Source: a virus
Direction: 5' to 3' (one strand)
DNA length: 64,000 nucleotides
Virus record (IMG/VR): IMGVR_UViG_3300024346_000009
Position 1 is the stretch's first letter, and every line of letters begins with the position of its first letter. A model generated the notes under the pieces. That model had not been told where the DNA came from. It searched no databases and worked only from the letters and a program-made list of their open reading frames with translations. Below are positions 9,705-18,113 of the stretch, one piece after another. A program made the translations under genes and the position numbers.

Positions 9705-10058
9705 ATGATCTATTCTAATACTAAGTCAAAAGTTAAACCTAAGACTATGCCTAAAGCCGAGCGCGAGGCGTATGCTAAGTGGTGTGCTCAATACGATATT
9801 AAACCTGAGGGTAAGGTTAAGAAAAAAGTAGTAGTTTATAATACTGAATTACCTGGTACTGTCTATAAGCCGTTTATTCGTGAGACGGTTCGGTATCCTA
9901 GTTTAGATACCGGTCATAAGGGTGCTGTTAATACTGGTAAGACTACTATGTGGTATACGGGCGATAAGATGCTTGGTGTAGCTACGATGCATAAGTCTAA
10001 CTTAGTTCCTATTTTTAGTGATGATAACGCGGTCGAAGTATCGCAAATGAGGAGATAA
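9705..10058 (+). CDS. Conserved hypothetical phage protein
   Basis: Basic 117-aa ORF with a YTG..MLGVATMHKSNLVP motif. Confidence 0.7.
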   Translation: MIYSNTKSKVKPKTMPKAEREAYAKWCAQYDIKPEGKVKKKVVVYNTELPGTVYKPFIRETVRYPSLDTGHKGAVNTGKTTMWYTGDKMLGVATMHKSNLVPIFSDDNAVEVSQMRR

Positions 10059-10059
10059 A

Positions 10060-10440
10060 ATGAGTACATTAATATATAATGCAATCCGTACCCCTGATGG
10101 TACTGTACTAGAGTCTAGACATAGACATGATTATGTTGTATATGAAGATAAAAATGGTAGAGAGTATATGGTGGATGGCGGCCATGATTATGTTAGACGC
10201 AACGTGCACGACGATGCTCCTTATGAAGAGATAAGTGTCTATACAACTGATGGTCACGATAAAGTACGTGAAGTACTTAAATGGGGTACATATGGTATCA
10301 ACGGTGATCAGCCCTTAACCTACATTGCACTTAAAGACATGAATACCGGGCATATTCAGGCCTGCCTAGATACCCAATCTCGTATGCATCCGACATACAG
10401 ACAAGCTTTTGAAGAAGAATTGAAACTAAGGAGTATATAA
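10060..10440 (+). CDS. Hypothetical protein
   Basis: ESRHRHDY...MVDGGHDYVRR motif; GGAG SD. Confidence 0.7.
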   Translation: MSTLIYNAIRTPDGTVLESRHRHDYVVYEDKNGREYMVDGGHDYVRRNVHDDAPYEEISVYTTDGHDKVREVLKWGTYGINGDQPLTYIALKDMNTGHIQACLDTQSRMHPTYRQAFEEELKLRSI

Positions 10441-10715
10441 TGAGTTTGCCTTCCGATCCCACCGCCCGTAAAGCTATTAAGAAATGTATGGATGAGTTAT
10501 CTGCATCCATGGCACGGATTGATGGTGAACGAGATTTTATCAAGGAAGCTATTGGTAACATATGTGAAGAATATGAAATGAGTAAAAAGACTCTTCGTAA
10601 ACTAGCTAAAGTATATCATAAGCAAAACTTCTCAAAAGAGGTTGCCGAACATGAGGAGTTCGAGACCATGTATGAACAGTTGACCGGGGAAACTAGTCTG
10701 GGTAATATTACATAA
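10440..10715 (+). CDS. dsbA: dsDNA-binding protein (T4 DsbA-like)
   Basis: 91-aa helical protein, KKTLRKLAKVYHKQNF...EFETMYE; lies downstream of rnh as in T4. Confidence 0.8.
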   Translation: MSLPSDPTARKAIKKCMDELSASMARIDGERDFIKEAIGNICEEYEMSKKTLRKLAKVYHKQNFSKEVAEHEEFETMYEQLTGETSLGNIT

Positions 10716-10716
10716 A

Positions 10717-10905
10717 ATGCATACAGTTTATAATCTAGAGATGCAGGTACGAGATAAAATGAACCGTCTTAAAAAGACCTCTCACGTTGGCGTATATAAT
10801 TCTATTGAAGATCTAGAAGTAGCAAAAGGTAAGATGCTGGAGATTAATCCAGATAATACATTTGACGTTCATTCTATTGATCATCTTTTTGAACCTACAG
10901 AGTAA
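10717..10905 (+). CDS. Hypothetical protein
   Basis: 62-aa ORF packed between genes. Confidence 0.6.
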   Translation: MHTVYNLEMQVRDKMNRLKKTSHVGVYNSIEDLEVAKGKMLEINPDNTFDVHSIDHLFEPTE

Positions 10906-10913
10906 TATAAATA
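10906..10913 (+). promoter_or_regulatory. T4-type late promoter
   Basis: TATAAATA directly upstream of the ATG at 10919. Confidence 0.7.
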
Positions 10914-10918
10914 AACAT

Positions 10919-11164
10919 ATGCCGACATATATTTTTCGTAATAAGAATACAGATGAAGTCTATGACAAAATGATGTCATGGGACAATCGTGAAGTATATC
11001 TCCAAGAGAATCCTAACCTAGAGGTCCTCATGGGAGCTCCGGCTATGGGGGACTCTGTCCGTTTAGGTATTAAAAAGCCAGACGATGGGTTTAAGGAAGT
11101 ACTGTCAAAGATTCATGCTGCTAATTACAGAAGTAACTTATCGGATAAACTATCTAGAAAATGA
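10919..11164 (+). CDS. FmdB-like small protein
   Basis: MPTYIFRNKNT...GIKKPDDGFKEVLSKI; start moved to the ATG at 10919. Confidence 0.65.
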   Translation: MPTYIFRNKNTDEVYDKMMSWDNREVYLQENPNLEVLMGAPAMGDSVRLGIKKPDDGFKEVLSKIHAANYRSNLSDKLSRK

Positions 11165-11190
11165 TTCAAGTGATTACTTCATTCAACCAT

Positions 11191-11220
11191 AAGGGCTATA
11201 CTTATCTATAGCTCTTTTTC
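11191..11220 (+). terminator. Intrinsic terminator-like hairpin upstream of phoH
   Basis: AAGGGCTATA-CTTATC-TATAGCTCTT followed by TTT. Confidence 0.55.
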
Positions 11221-11234
11221 ATTTAAGGTTTTAT

Positions 11235-12002
11235 ATGTCCACAAAAAGAGCAGCGAAACTGGCAGTCGTACATGAAGAAGGCTACCCACAAAAACAAACA
11301 GCACCACGCCCCGTTACAAATACTTTAAGATTAAAAACTGAACACCTTAAATTCTTCGATCCACTTACCGAAAATCAAAAAATATTTTACGACGCGTATG
11401 CCCGCGGTGATTACTTTGTAGCACTACATGGTGTTGCTGGAACAGGAAAAACATTTATTGCTTGTTATAAGGCATTAGAGGAAGTATTAGATAAGAACAA
11501 CCCCTTCAATAAAATTATTATCGTTAGGTCAGCTGTCCAGTCGCGAGAGATGGGTCATTTACCTGGTGATGTAGATGAGAAGCTAGAAATATATCAACAG
11601 CCGTATCGCCAAATATGCCATACCTTATTTGATCGTAAAGATGCTTACGATAGATTGGTTGAACAAGGTCATGTAGAGTTTATTTCAACATCGTTTATTC
11701 GCGGTATGTCATTTGATGATGCTATTATCATTGTTGACGAAATGCAAAATATGAACTTTGAAGAAATAGATACCGTCATGACACGGGTTGGTTACAGATC
11801 AAAGATCATCTGGTGTGGTGATTACAGACAAACTGATCTTCGCAAGTCAGGTGACAAAACAGGTATTTTAAAATTCTTTGATATTGCTTTACACATGGGT
11901 GCATTTACACGGGTTGAGTTTACGGCTGATGACATTGTAAGAAGCTCTTTAGTAAAAGATTATATTATTGCTAAGCTTAGATACGAAGATCTTACCCCTT
12001 AA
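11235..12002 (+). CDS. phoH: PhoH-family ATPase
   Basis: Walker A GVAGTGKT, GHLPG, RGMSF, DEMQN, GDYRQTD, DIVRS. Confidence 0.95.
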   Translation: MSTKRAAKLAVVHEEGYPQKQTAPRPVTNTLRLKTEHLKFFDPLTENQKIFYDAYARGDYFVALHGVAGTGKTFIACYKALEEVLDKNNPFNKIIIVRSAVQSREMGHLPGDVDEKLEIYQQPYRQICHTLFDRKDAYDRLVEQGHVEFISTSFIRGMSFDDAIIIVDEMQNMNFEEIDTVMTRVGYRSKIIWCGDYRQTDLRKSGDKTGILKFFDIALHMGAFTRVEFTADDIVRSSLVKDYIIAKLRYEDLTP

Positions 12003-12022
12003 ACTATTTTGAAAGAACTATT

Positions 12023-13069
12023 ATGAGATTAGAACCATACACAATTTTCGTCTCTCTATGCTCATACAGAGACCCCCTCCTGTACAGTACAGTCATGTCA
12101 TTGATACAGGGGCGGTGTGGGAGGAATAGAATAGTTATTGGAATATTTGAGCAGATTGTTGCTGAAGACTCACTGCCGGTAAAGTATCCTGATATTAAAG
12201 AAGCTATTGACGCGTACGAAAATAACACACTTAGGTCAGTGAATGGCGGGCCAAGGCCAGCGGAAATTATATATAAACGAATTGATCCCCAATACTCTAA
12301 TGGGGCTGGGTGGGCTAGAGCTATTAACCAATATCAACTATCTCCTGATGAATATGATTTACTTTATCAAATTGACTCCCATATGCTTTTTGATAAAGAT
12401 TGGGATAGGACCCTTATAAGCGATTATGAGGATGCAATTATTAAGTACAATACTAAAAAAGTAATTATAACTGCGCCGTGTAAGTGGTACGATGTTCTTG
12501 AGGATAACAGTATTTCTAAAGGCCCAGAATTATATTATGAAGGTACTAAGGATATAAGTTACAGAGCGACAGGTCACATGTTGTATTATATGACAAATGC
12601 ATTTGTCAATGGGTATATTATATCTGCTCATGGACAAATTGATCCTATAGGACCAGGGATACGGGATGCATTCCACATATGCGCAGGTAATACTGTCTTT
12701 CCGTCACAGTGGGTACGAGATGTAGGTAACAATATTGAAATTCACTTTGAAGGGGAAGAACAGTGGCTTAGTCTGGCTTCTTTTGCAGCAGGGTATCAAC
12801 TATGTCATCCAAAAGAAATTGTAACATACCATTATATGAAATCGGGTAATTATATTACAAAAGTATGGTTTGAACAGGTTGTAAGTAATTTCAGAAGGTC
12901 ACATGATGTATTAAGGTCAATCGCTGAATTATCAAAGTTGATAACAACGTTACCTGAAGATGTTTTAAAGAGATTTTATGAATATTCAGGAATTGATTAT
13001 ATAAATAAAACTGTAGATCAGCGGGCTCTACATCCCCATCCCCCTTTTACCCTACCGCCAAAAGAATAA
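12023..13069 (+). CDS. Glycosyltransferase, GT60/Gnt1-like (polypeptide/hydroxyproline GlcNAc transferase family)
   Basis: IFVSLCSYRDP, GAGWAR, QIDSHMLFDKDWD (DxH) and FEGEE motifs. Confidence 0.75.
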   Translation: MRLEPYTIFVSLCSYRDPLLYSTVMSLIQGRCGRNRIVIGIFEQIVAEDSLPVKYPDIKEAIDAYENNTLRSVNGGPRPAEIIYKRIDPQYSNGAGWARAINQYQLSPDEYDLLYQIDSHMLFDKDWDRTLISDYEDAIIKYNTKKVIITAPCKWYDVLEDNSISKGPELYYEGTKDISYRATGHMLYYMTNAFVNGYIISAHGQIDPIGPGIRDAFHICAGNTVFPSQWVRDVGNNIEIHFEGEEQWLSLASFAAGYQLCHPKEIVTYHYMKSGNYITKVWFEQVVSNFRRSHDVLRSIAELSKLITTLPEDVLKRFYEYSGIDYINKTVDQRALHPHPPFTLPPKE

Positions 13070-13073
13070 CCAA

Positions 13074-13691
13074 ATGAATATTACATTAGAACAGTTACAA
13101 AGCCTTATACCAAACGCTGTTGGAGGACCGGAGGCATGGTATGAGCCACTATGTGAAGCATTACCGCAATACGAGATAAACACCGTTGAAAGAGTTGCAG
13201 CGTTTATAGCTCAGTGCTCACATGAATCTGGTGGTTTTTCTGTTTTAGAAGAAAACCTAAACTATAGAGCAGCCACACTCTCTAAGTTATGGCCACAAAG
13301 ATTTCCACCAGGTGTAGCCGAGCAGTATGCGGGTAAGCCTGAAATGATTGCTAATAAGACTTACGGTGGTAGAATGGGTAATGGGTCGGAAGAAACTGGT
13401 GAAGGGTACAAGTACAGGGGCCGTGGTATTCTTCAATTAACAGGTAAGGATAACTATAAAACCTGTTCTCAAGCACTCTTTCAAGACGGGTCTCTTTTAG
13501 AAGACCCTGATCTTCTTTTAGACCCGTATTATGCAATTCATTCTGCTTGCTGGTTTTGGAATAAAAATAAATTAAACCAATTTGCAGATTCTGGTGATCT
13601 AACAACAATGACTAAAAAAATTAACGGCGGAACAATTGGGCTTGAGGATCGTATTAAGCACTATGATCATGCTGTAGAGATCTTAACATAA
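13074..13691 (+). CDS. GH19 chitinase-like endolysin
   Basis: FIAQCSHESGGF..LEENLNY, YRGRGILQLTGKDNY, SACWFW, KINGG. Late promoter TATAAATA at 13000-13007. Confidence 0.92.
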   Translation: MNITLEQLQSLIPNAVGGPEAWYEPLCEALPQYEINTVERVAAFIAQCSHESGGFSVLEENLNYRAATLSKLWPQRFPPGVAEQYAGKPEMIANKTYGGRMGNGSEETGEGYKYRGRGILQLTGKDNYKTCSQALFQDGSLLEDPDLLLDPYYAIHSACWFWNKNKLNQFADSGDLTTMTKKINGGTIGLEDRIKHYDHAVEILT

Positions 13692-13700
13692 GGAATATTA

Positions 13701-14429
13701 ATGAGTTATAACTTTACCTTAGCCCAGCTATCGCTTCTAATAAGAGAGCCTGGGGAGTCCGAGAACTGGTACGAGCCTCTTTGTGCGGCAATGGATCAGT
13801 ACGAAATTAACAGTGCAATAAGAATATCTTCTTTTCTTACTCATTGTGCCTACATGACAAAACGATTTACAGAAATGGAAGAAGACTTAAGCTACAGCGC
13901 TGAAGATTTAGTAAAGACATGGCCTAATATATTTACAGTAGAAAATGCTGTATCATACGCCGGTAATCCCGAAAAGATTGCTAATAAAGCGTACAGCAAT
14001 ATACTGGGTAATGGTTCAGAAGAATCAGGTGATGGTTATAAGTTCAGAGGACGCGGCCTGTTAATGATTCGCGGTAGAGGTGATTACACTACATGTTCAC
14101 AGACTCTCTTTCGGGATTCAAGATTGGTAGATACACCAGATTTAGTAAAAGAAAAACCTACCTGTATTGATTCAGCTGGTTGGTTCTGGTCTACAAATAA
14201 TTATAACGTAAGGTACGATGCTGATACGAAGTATGTGCAATTTGGTATGCCAGGTAATACTACTTTTGTTGCTAATACTATACTAGATAATACAGTAAAT
14301 ATTCCGAATATTAATATTATTAATACCGGCGGTAAGTCAGAGGCAGCATTGACCAGTAGAGAATCACAATCCGCAATCAGTAACTATTCATCGCTCTTAC
14401 CCTTCATACTGGAAATAACTAAAGTATAA
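13701..14429 (+). CDS. GH19 paralogue, catalytic motif degenerate
   Basis: Colinear with the upstream gene (FRGRGLL, SAGWFW) but HES is replaced by YMT; divergent C-terminus. Confidence 0.8.
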   Translation: MSYNFTLAQLSLLIREPGESENWYEPLCAAMDQYEINSAIRISSFLTHCAYMTKRFTEMEEDLSYSAEDLVKTWPNIFTVENAVSYAGNPEKIANKAYSNILGNGSEESGDGYKFRGRGLLMIRGRGDYTTCSQTLFRDSRLVDTPDLVKEKPTCIDSAGWFWSTNNYNVRYDADTKYVQFGMPGNTTFVANTILDNTVNIPNINIINTGGKSEAALTSRESQSAISNYSSLLPFILEITKV

Positions 14430-14433
14430 TATT

Positions 14434-15102
14434 ATGTTTAATCATGTAAAGCTTGACAAAGTTGTACCTAGGTTGCAACAAATTAATGAGAATGGGGTAA
14501 GACACTATATGACCCCAGAAGGAAATAAATATCCTTCCATTACCACTGTCCTATCTGAGTATAGCCGTAAGGGTATATATGAATGGCGACAAAGGGTAGG
14601 AGACGAGGCTGCAAACAGAATATCGGGTAAAGCCTCTACCAGAGGTACCAAACTACATAAGGCATGCGAAGATTATATCAATAACTTAGAGCCTGAGTTT
14701 CGTACCCCCTTTGAGCGAGATTTATTTAAACGATTTACCCCTACCTTACATCGTATCAACAATGTGTATGCACAAGAGATACGTATGTACTCCGACCACC
14801 TACGTATTGCAGGTACGGTAGATTGTATAGGTGAGTTTGATGGGAAGATGTCGGTAATCGATTTTAAAACATCTGCCAAAGAAAAAGATAAAGAATACAT
14901 TGAAAACTACTTCATGCAGTGTTCAGCGTACGCCATTATGTTTGAGGAGCAGTATGGAATTCCTGTCTCACAAACCGTCGTTGCAATTGCTGTAGAGGAT
15001 GGGGAGTCACAAGTCTTTATAGAGAAGAGAGATACTCATGTAAAGCGGTTGATTCACTTTCGGGATTTATATGAACGTAAGAGTAGCCTAATAACTCATT
15101 AG
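14434..15102 (+). CDS. PD-(D/E)xK exonuclease
   Basis: YPSITTVL, RGTKLH, AGTVDC, IDFKTS, YFMQCSAYA. Confidence 0.88.
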   Translation: MFNHVKLDKVVPRLQQINENGVRHYMTPEGNKYPSITTVLSEYSRKGIYEWRQRVGDEAANRISGKASTRGTKLHKACEDYINNLEPEFRTPFERDLFKRFTPTLHRINNVYAQEIRMYSDHLRIAGTVDCIGEFDGKMSVIDFKTSAKEKDKEYIENYFMQCSAYAIMFEEQYGIPVSQTVVAIAVEDGESQVFIEKRDTHVKRLIHFRDLYERKSSLITH

Positions 15103-15185
15103 CATATATAATGAATACGTAGTAAGTAGATTATTGTTTTAAAGGGCAGAGAGAAGAATAGTTAAGATCACCATAAGGAGATCAA

Positions 15186-15293
15186 ATGTCTGAATCATCA
15201 GAAGAATATGTATACCAAATAGTATGTGGTATACTGATAGTGTTCTCTATACTATGTATAGGTATTGCATCGGTCTTCTTTTGGCGAGCGTGA
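15186..15293 (+). CDS. 35-aa single-TM membrane peptide (not in the ORF track)
   Basis: AAGGAG SD, then MSESSEEYVYQIVCGILIVFSILCIGIASVFFWRA*. Confidence 0.6.
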   Translation: MSESSEEYVYQIVCGILIVFSILCIGIASVFFWRA

Positions 15294-15299
15294 CATAGA

Positions 15300-15606
15300 T
15301 TATTGCTGTATGAAGTAAAGAGAAAGACGTCTTGGACGCGGGCGCAAATCCCGCCAGGTCCACCAAAGTATACTATAAATGGGGTCGTAGCGGTTGTAAG
15401 AACTTTAGTACATACCTTAGATAATAGTATACTTTATTGGGCCTGAAATAGATTCGACAGGGCAGCAAGTAACAGAATGGACAGCACATCAGCAACGATG
15501 TAAAAAGAAGAAAACAAAGTAAACGCAAACGACTCAAAGTTCGCATTAGCAGCCTAAACACTGCTTAGGGTTTCGGTAGGTTTCCTCGTAACAGAATAAC
15601 CTACCA
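15300..15606 (+). ncRNA. ssrA: Circularly permuted (two-piece) tmRNA
   Basis: The 3' tRNA-like half comes first: T-stem GCGGG/CCCGC (15338-15354), CAGGTCC-A-CCA ending at 15365. Then an intervening segment (15366-15438), then the 5' half GGGCCTG-AAATAGATTCGAC from 15439. The 7-bp acceptor stem has the Ala identity pair G3.U70. Tag frame 15525-15557 = ANDSKFALAA*. 3' hairpin GGTAGGTT/AACCTACC. Outer ends are approximate. Confidence 0.93.
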
Positions 15607-15640
15607 TTTTCTAACACTCATACACACAAAGGAGATTATT

Positions 15641-15913
15641 ATGAGTAACATGACCCCTTTCGAGATTCGTCTCGAACTTCTCAAAATGGCCAAAGATATG
15701 CTTGGTGACGACTACTACGGTAAGCGCGAAGTAATATCTAACGACTGGGCCACAAAGGTAGAGACGGCTAAACACGCCGGACAAACGCCTCCAGAGCATC
15801 CGGGCTACCCAGCCTACCCCTCAGAAATAGATATCATTGCAAAGGCTCATGTCTTGAATGGTTTTGTTTCCAACATCCCTCAAGATAACATTAAGACTAT
15901 TAGTAAGAAGTAA
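15641..15913 (+). CDS. Conserved hypothetical phage protein
   Basis: AAGGAG SD; TPFEIRLELLKMA...IIAKAHVLNGFVS. Confidence 0.75.
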   Translation: MSNMTPFEIRLELLKMAKDMLGDDYYGKREVISNDWATKVETAKHAGQTPPEHPGYPAYPSEIDIIAKAHVLNGFVSNIPQDNIKTISKK

Positions 15914-15966
15914 TCTGAAGGTAGGGGCTCTTGTTAACTCAGGAGCCTCCTTAATAAGGAAAACCA

Positions 15967-16509
15967 ATGGTAAAGACTTTTAATCTATTTTTAAAAATAG
16001 GTCTTGTGGTATTAATGGTATTTTTAGTTACCAAATTTACCACCAATAGAATCGACTATTATAATACTAAGCAATATAATGGTACCCCAATCACAATGGA
16101 GGACAGAGAAAAGCAGTTGACCTGCTTAGCAAAGAATATCTATCACGAGGCGGCTACAGAGCCGTTTGAGGGTAAGGTTGCAGTAGCTCAGGTTACATTA
16201 AACAGGGCAGCCTCTGGCAAGTTCCCACCCAATATATGCGATGTAGTTTATCAAAAGAATGTTTTTTATGGTAAAGTCATCTGCCAGTTTTCATGGTATT
16301 GTGAAAGTGGTCCTAAAGTTAAATCTAATGCTCACTACAAGGAGTCAATGGAAGTGGCTAAGAAAGTACTTTTAGAAAACTTTAGATTACCCTCAATGCA
16401 TAAAGCAATGTACTATCATGCTGATTATGTAAACCCTAATTGGAATCTTCCAAAGATCAGTCAAATCGGTCGTCATATATTTTACGGTGAGAAAAATGGA
16501 AAAATTTAA
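15967..16509 (+). CDS. SleB-like cell wall hydrolase (Hydrolase_2)
   Basis: N-terminal TM; CLAKNIYHEA, AVAQVTLNR, CQFSW, YYHADYVNP, IGRHIFY. Confidence 0.9.
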   Translation: MVKTFNLFLKIGLVVLMVFLVTKFTTNRIDYYNTKQYNGTPITMEDREKQLTCLAKNIYHEAATEPFEGKVAVAQVTLNRAASGKFPPNICDVVYQKNVFYGKVICQFSWYCESGPKVKSNAHYKESMEVAKKVLLENFRLPSMHKAMYYHADYVNPNWNLPKISQIGRHIFYGEKNGKI

Positions 16510-16804
16510 CCAATTAAAAGATACAGTATTCTCCTACTTTGAAGGCTTTACAAAGGCGACGGCTGATACGTTTGCATGGATCAGCATAGTGGTTTTAATT
16601 GCTTCAACCATTCCAGGCTTTATTGCTGTAATGGCCGGTGCTACAGATAAGATGCCACCATTAGATATTACGTTACTGGTGTGGGCAAGTCTGTTGCTTT
16701 ATTTTGTAAGATCAGCTATACTCAAAGATATGCTGATGGTGGTCACGATAGGGTTCGGGTTCGCGGTTCAAGCAATATTACTAGGATTGATTTACTTTAC
16801 ATGA
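16496..16804 (+). CDS. Small multi-TM membrane protein
   Basis: Three hydrophobic helices; coupled to both neighbours. Confidence 0.65.
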   Translation: MEKFNQLKDTVFSYFEGFTKATADTFAWISIVVLIASTIPGFIAVMAGATDKMPPLDITLLVWASLLLYFVRSAILKDMLMVVTIGFGFAVQAILLGLIYFT

Positions 16805-17064
16805 ATGATGACGCTGAAAAGTTGACGGACGTATTGGTTATTACCAAGCGGTTTAGATCACCAAATGAGTTTAGTATCTATATTGATGAGATGGTTGCCA
16901 GTAACGGGATCAAGTACATGGATGCCGTTATAGGTTACTGTAATGAGAAGGATATTGAGATAGATAGTATCGGTCCTTTAATTAATCAGAAACTTAGAGA
17001 AAAGATTCAGATGGAGGCCGAGCAAGAGAATATGATCAAACCTAGAGGCCATCTACCTATATGA
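16801..17064 (+). CDS. Late transcription coactivator (T4 gp33-like)
   Basis: FSIYIDEMV...YMDAVIGYC...LINQKLREKIQMEA; synteny 33-59-32. Start moved to the ATG at 16801. Confidence 0.85.
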   Translation: MNDDAEKLTDVLVITKRFRSPNEFSIYIDEMVASNGIKYMDAVIGYCNEKDIEIDSIGPLINQKLREKIQMEAEQENMIKPRGHLPI

Positions 17065-17672
17065 TTGCTATGGAACCGTTTTCCGTCTATAAGTATTACC
17101 TCGCCCTACGACTTCACTTCACCACCGAAGGGTACGATGTGATTGCGCAGCAAGGGAGAGTGAGAGCGTCAAAGCAAGCGTTCTTAAAGCGTAAGGATTT
17201 ATTATCAATACGTAAAGTGGCGGAGACGTACTCAGATAAAGATATAGTTGACTTCCTTGTTGCCAATTTTATATCGGGTGATAGGTGGGGTGGTATATTT
17301 GATGTGGAATCAAGAGAGAGGTATATTAGTTGGAAGAAGCGTATAGAATCTATAGCGTATAATTTTGAAAAAGAGTTAAACAAAGCTGTCCTCTACGCAG
17401 AAAAAAATGGGATTACATTCTTTGATTTATTCGTGACTGGGGATAACCAGCATCCATATATAATCAAGATGTTTCTAAGAAATGAGATATCTATTGAAAC
17501 TCTTGTTATCCTAAATAAATTAAATAGCTTCATTGAGAAGTTTGACGTGGATTTGAAAGATGATTTAGTATGGCCAGATGTTTCAAGAGTAATTAGAAAA
17601 TATTCACCATTCCTTAATATAAAAAAAGATAAGTACTATGCCATATACCACAGATCAATTGGATCAAACTAA
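17061..17672 (+). CDS. Helicase loader (T4 gp59-like)
   Basis: YKYYLALRLHFT..YD, FLVANF, ISIETLVIL, KYSPFL; synteny. Confidence 0.88.
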   Translation: MIAMEPFSVYKYYLALRLHFTTEGYDVIAQQGRVRASKQAFLKRKDLLSIRKVAETYSDKDIVDFLVANFISGDRWGGIFDVESRERYISWKKRIESIAYNFEKELNKAVLYAEKNGITFFDLFVTGDNQHPYIIKMFLRNEISIETLVILNKLNSFIEKFDVDLKDDLVWPDVSRVIRKYSPFLNIKKDKYYAIYHRSIGSN

Positions 17673-17853
17673 TTTACGTATTATTGAGATTGAAAAGAAT
17701 TTATGTATTATGCAAGAAAATATAACTGCCGTTTCTGATCATATTAGGGAAACCCAAAGATATTTAATTAAATTGGCTCACCACCAATCAGAAATTGCCA
17801 AGAGGCTTTCCTCATGGCCTTTTATAGCCGTAACGAAACAGAGTGAGGAATAA
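17638..17853 (+). CDS. Hypothetical coiled-coil protein
   Basis: 71-aa ORF with heptad pattern. Confidence 0.55.
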   Translation: MPYTTDQLDQTNLRIIEIEKNLCIMQENITAVSDHIRETQRYLIKLAHHQSEIAKRLSSWPFIAVTKQSEE

Positions 17854-17874
17854 ATGCTAGGGACTTTATTGTAA

Positions 17875-18078
17875 ATGAAATACGATAACCGGGATAGGGA
17901 TAGAGAGTGGGATAAGAAACCACGTAAGGTACTTAAAGGGACCGATAAAGTTGCCAAGTATCGAAGAAGCATATATAATATGTTAACAGATGAAGATTCC
18001 GATCTTGATCTGGAAACTGAGGAAGGTGATGTTGGTCATAATTATCATGGAAATAGTAGTTATAAAAAACAACGCTAA
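17875..18078 (+). CDS. Hypothetical charged protein
   Basis: 67-aa basic/acidic ORF upstream of gp32. Confidence 0.55.
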   Translation: MKYDNRDRDREWDKKPRKVLKGTDKVAKYRRSIYNMLTDEDSDLDLETEEGDVGHNYHGNSSYKKQR

Positions 18079-18113
18079 TACATCGCATACAACGTTAATA
18101 CAAGGAGAGTAAT

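Noticed and set aside
14434-15102. Cas4-like nuclease suggesting a CRISPR system
   Set aside because: Lacks the Fe-S Cys cluster; it is the common T4-like PD-(D/E)xK exonuclease, and no array is nearby.
15338-15365. Standalone tRNA gene
   Set aside because: No anticodon arm; it is the acceptor half of the permuted tmRNA.
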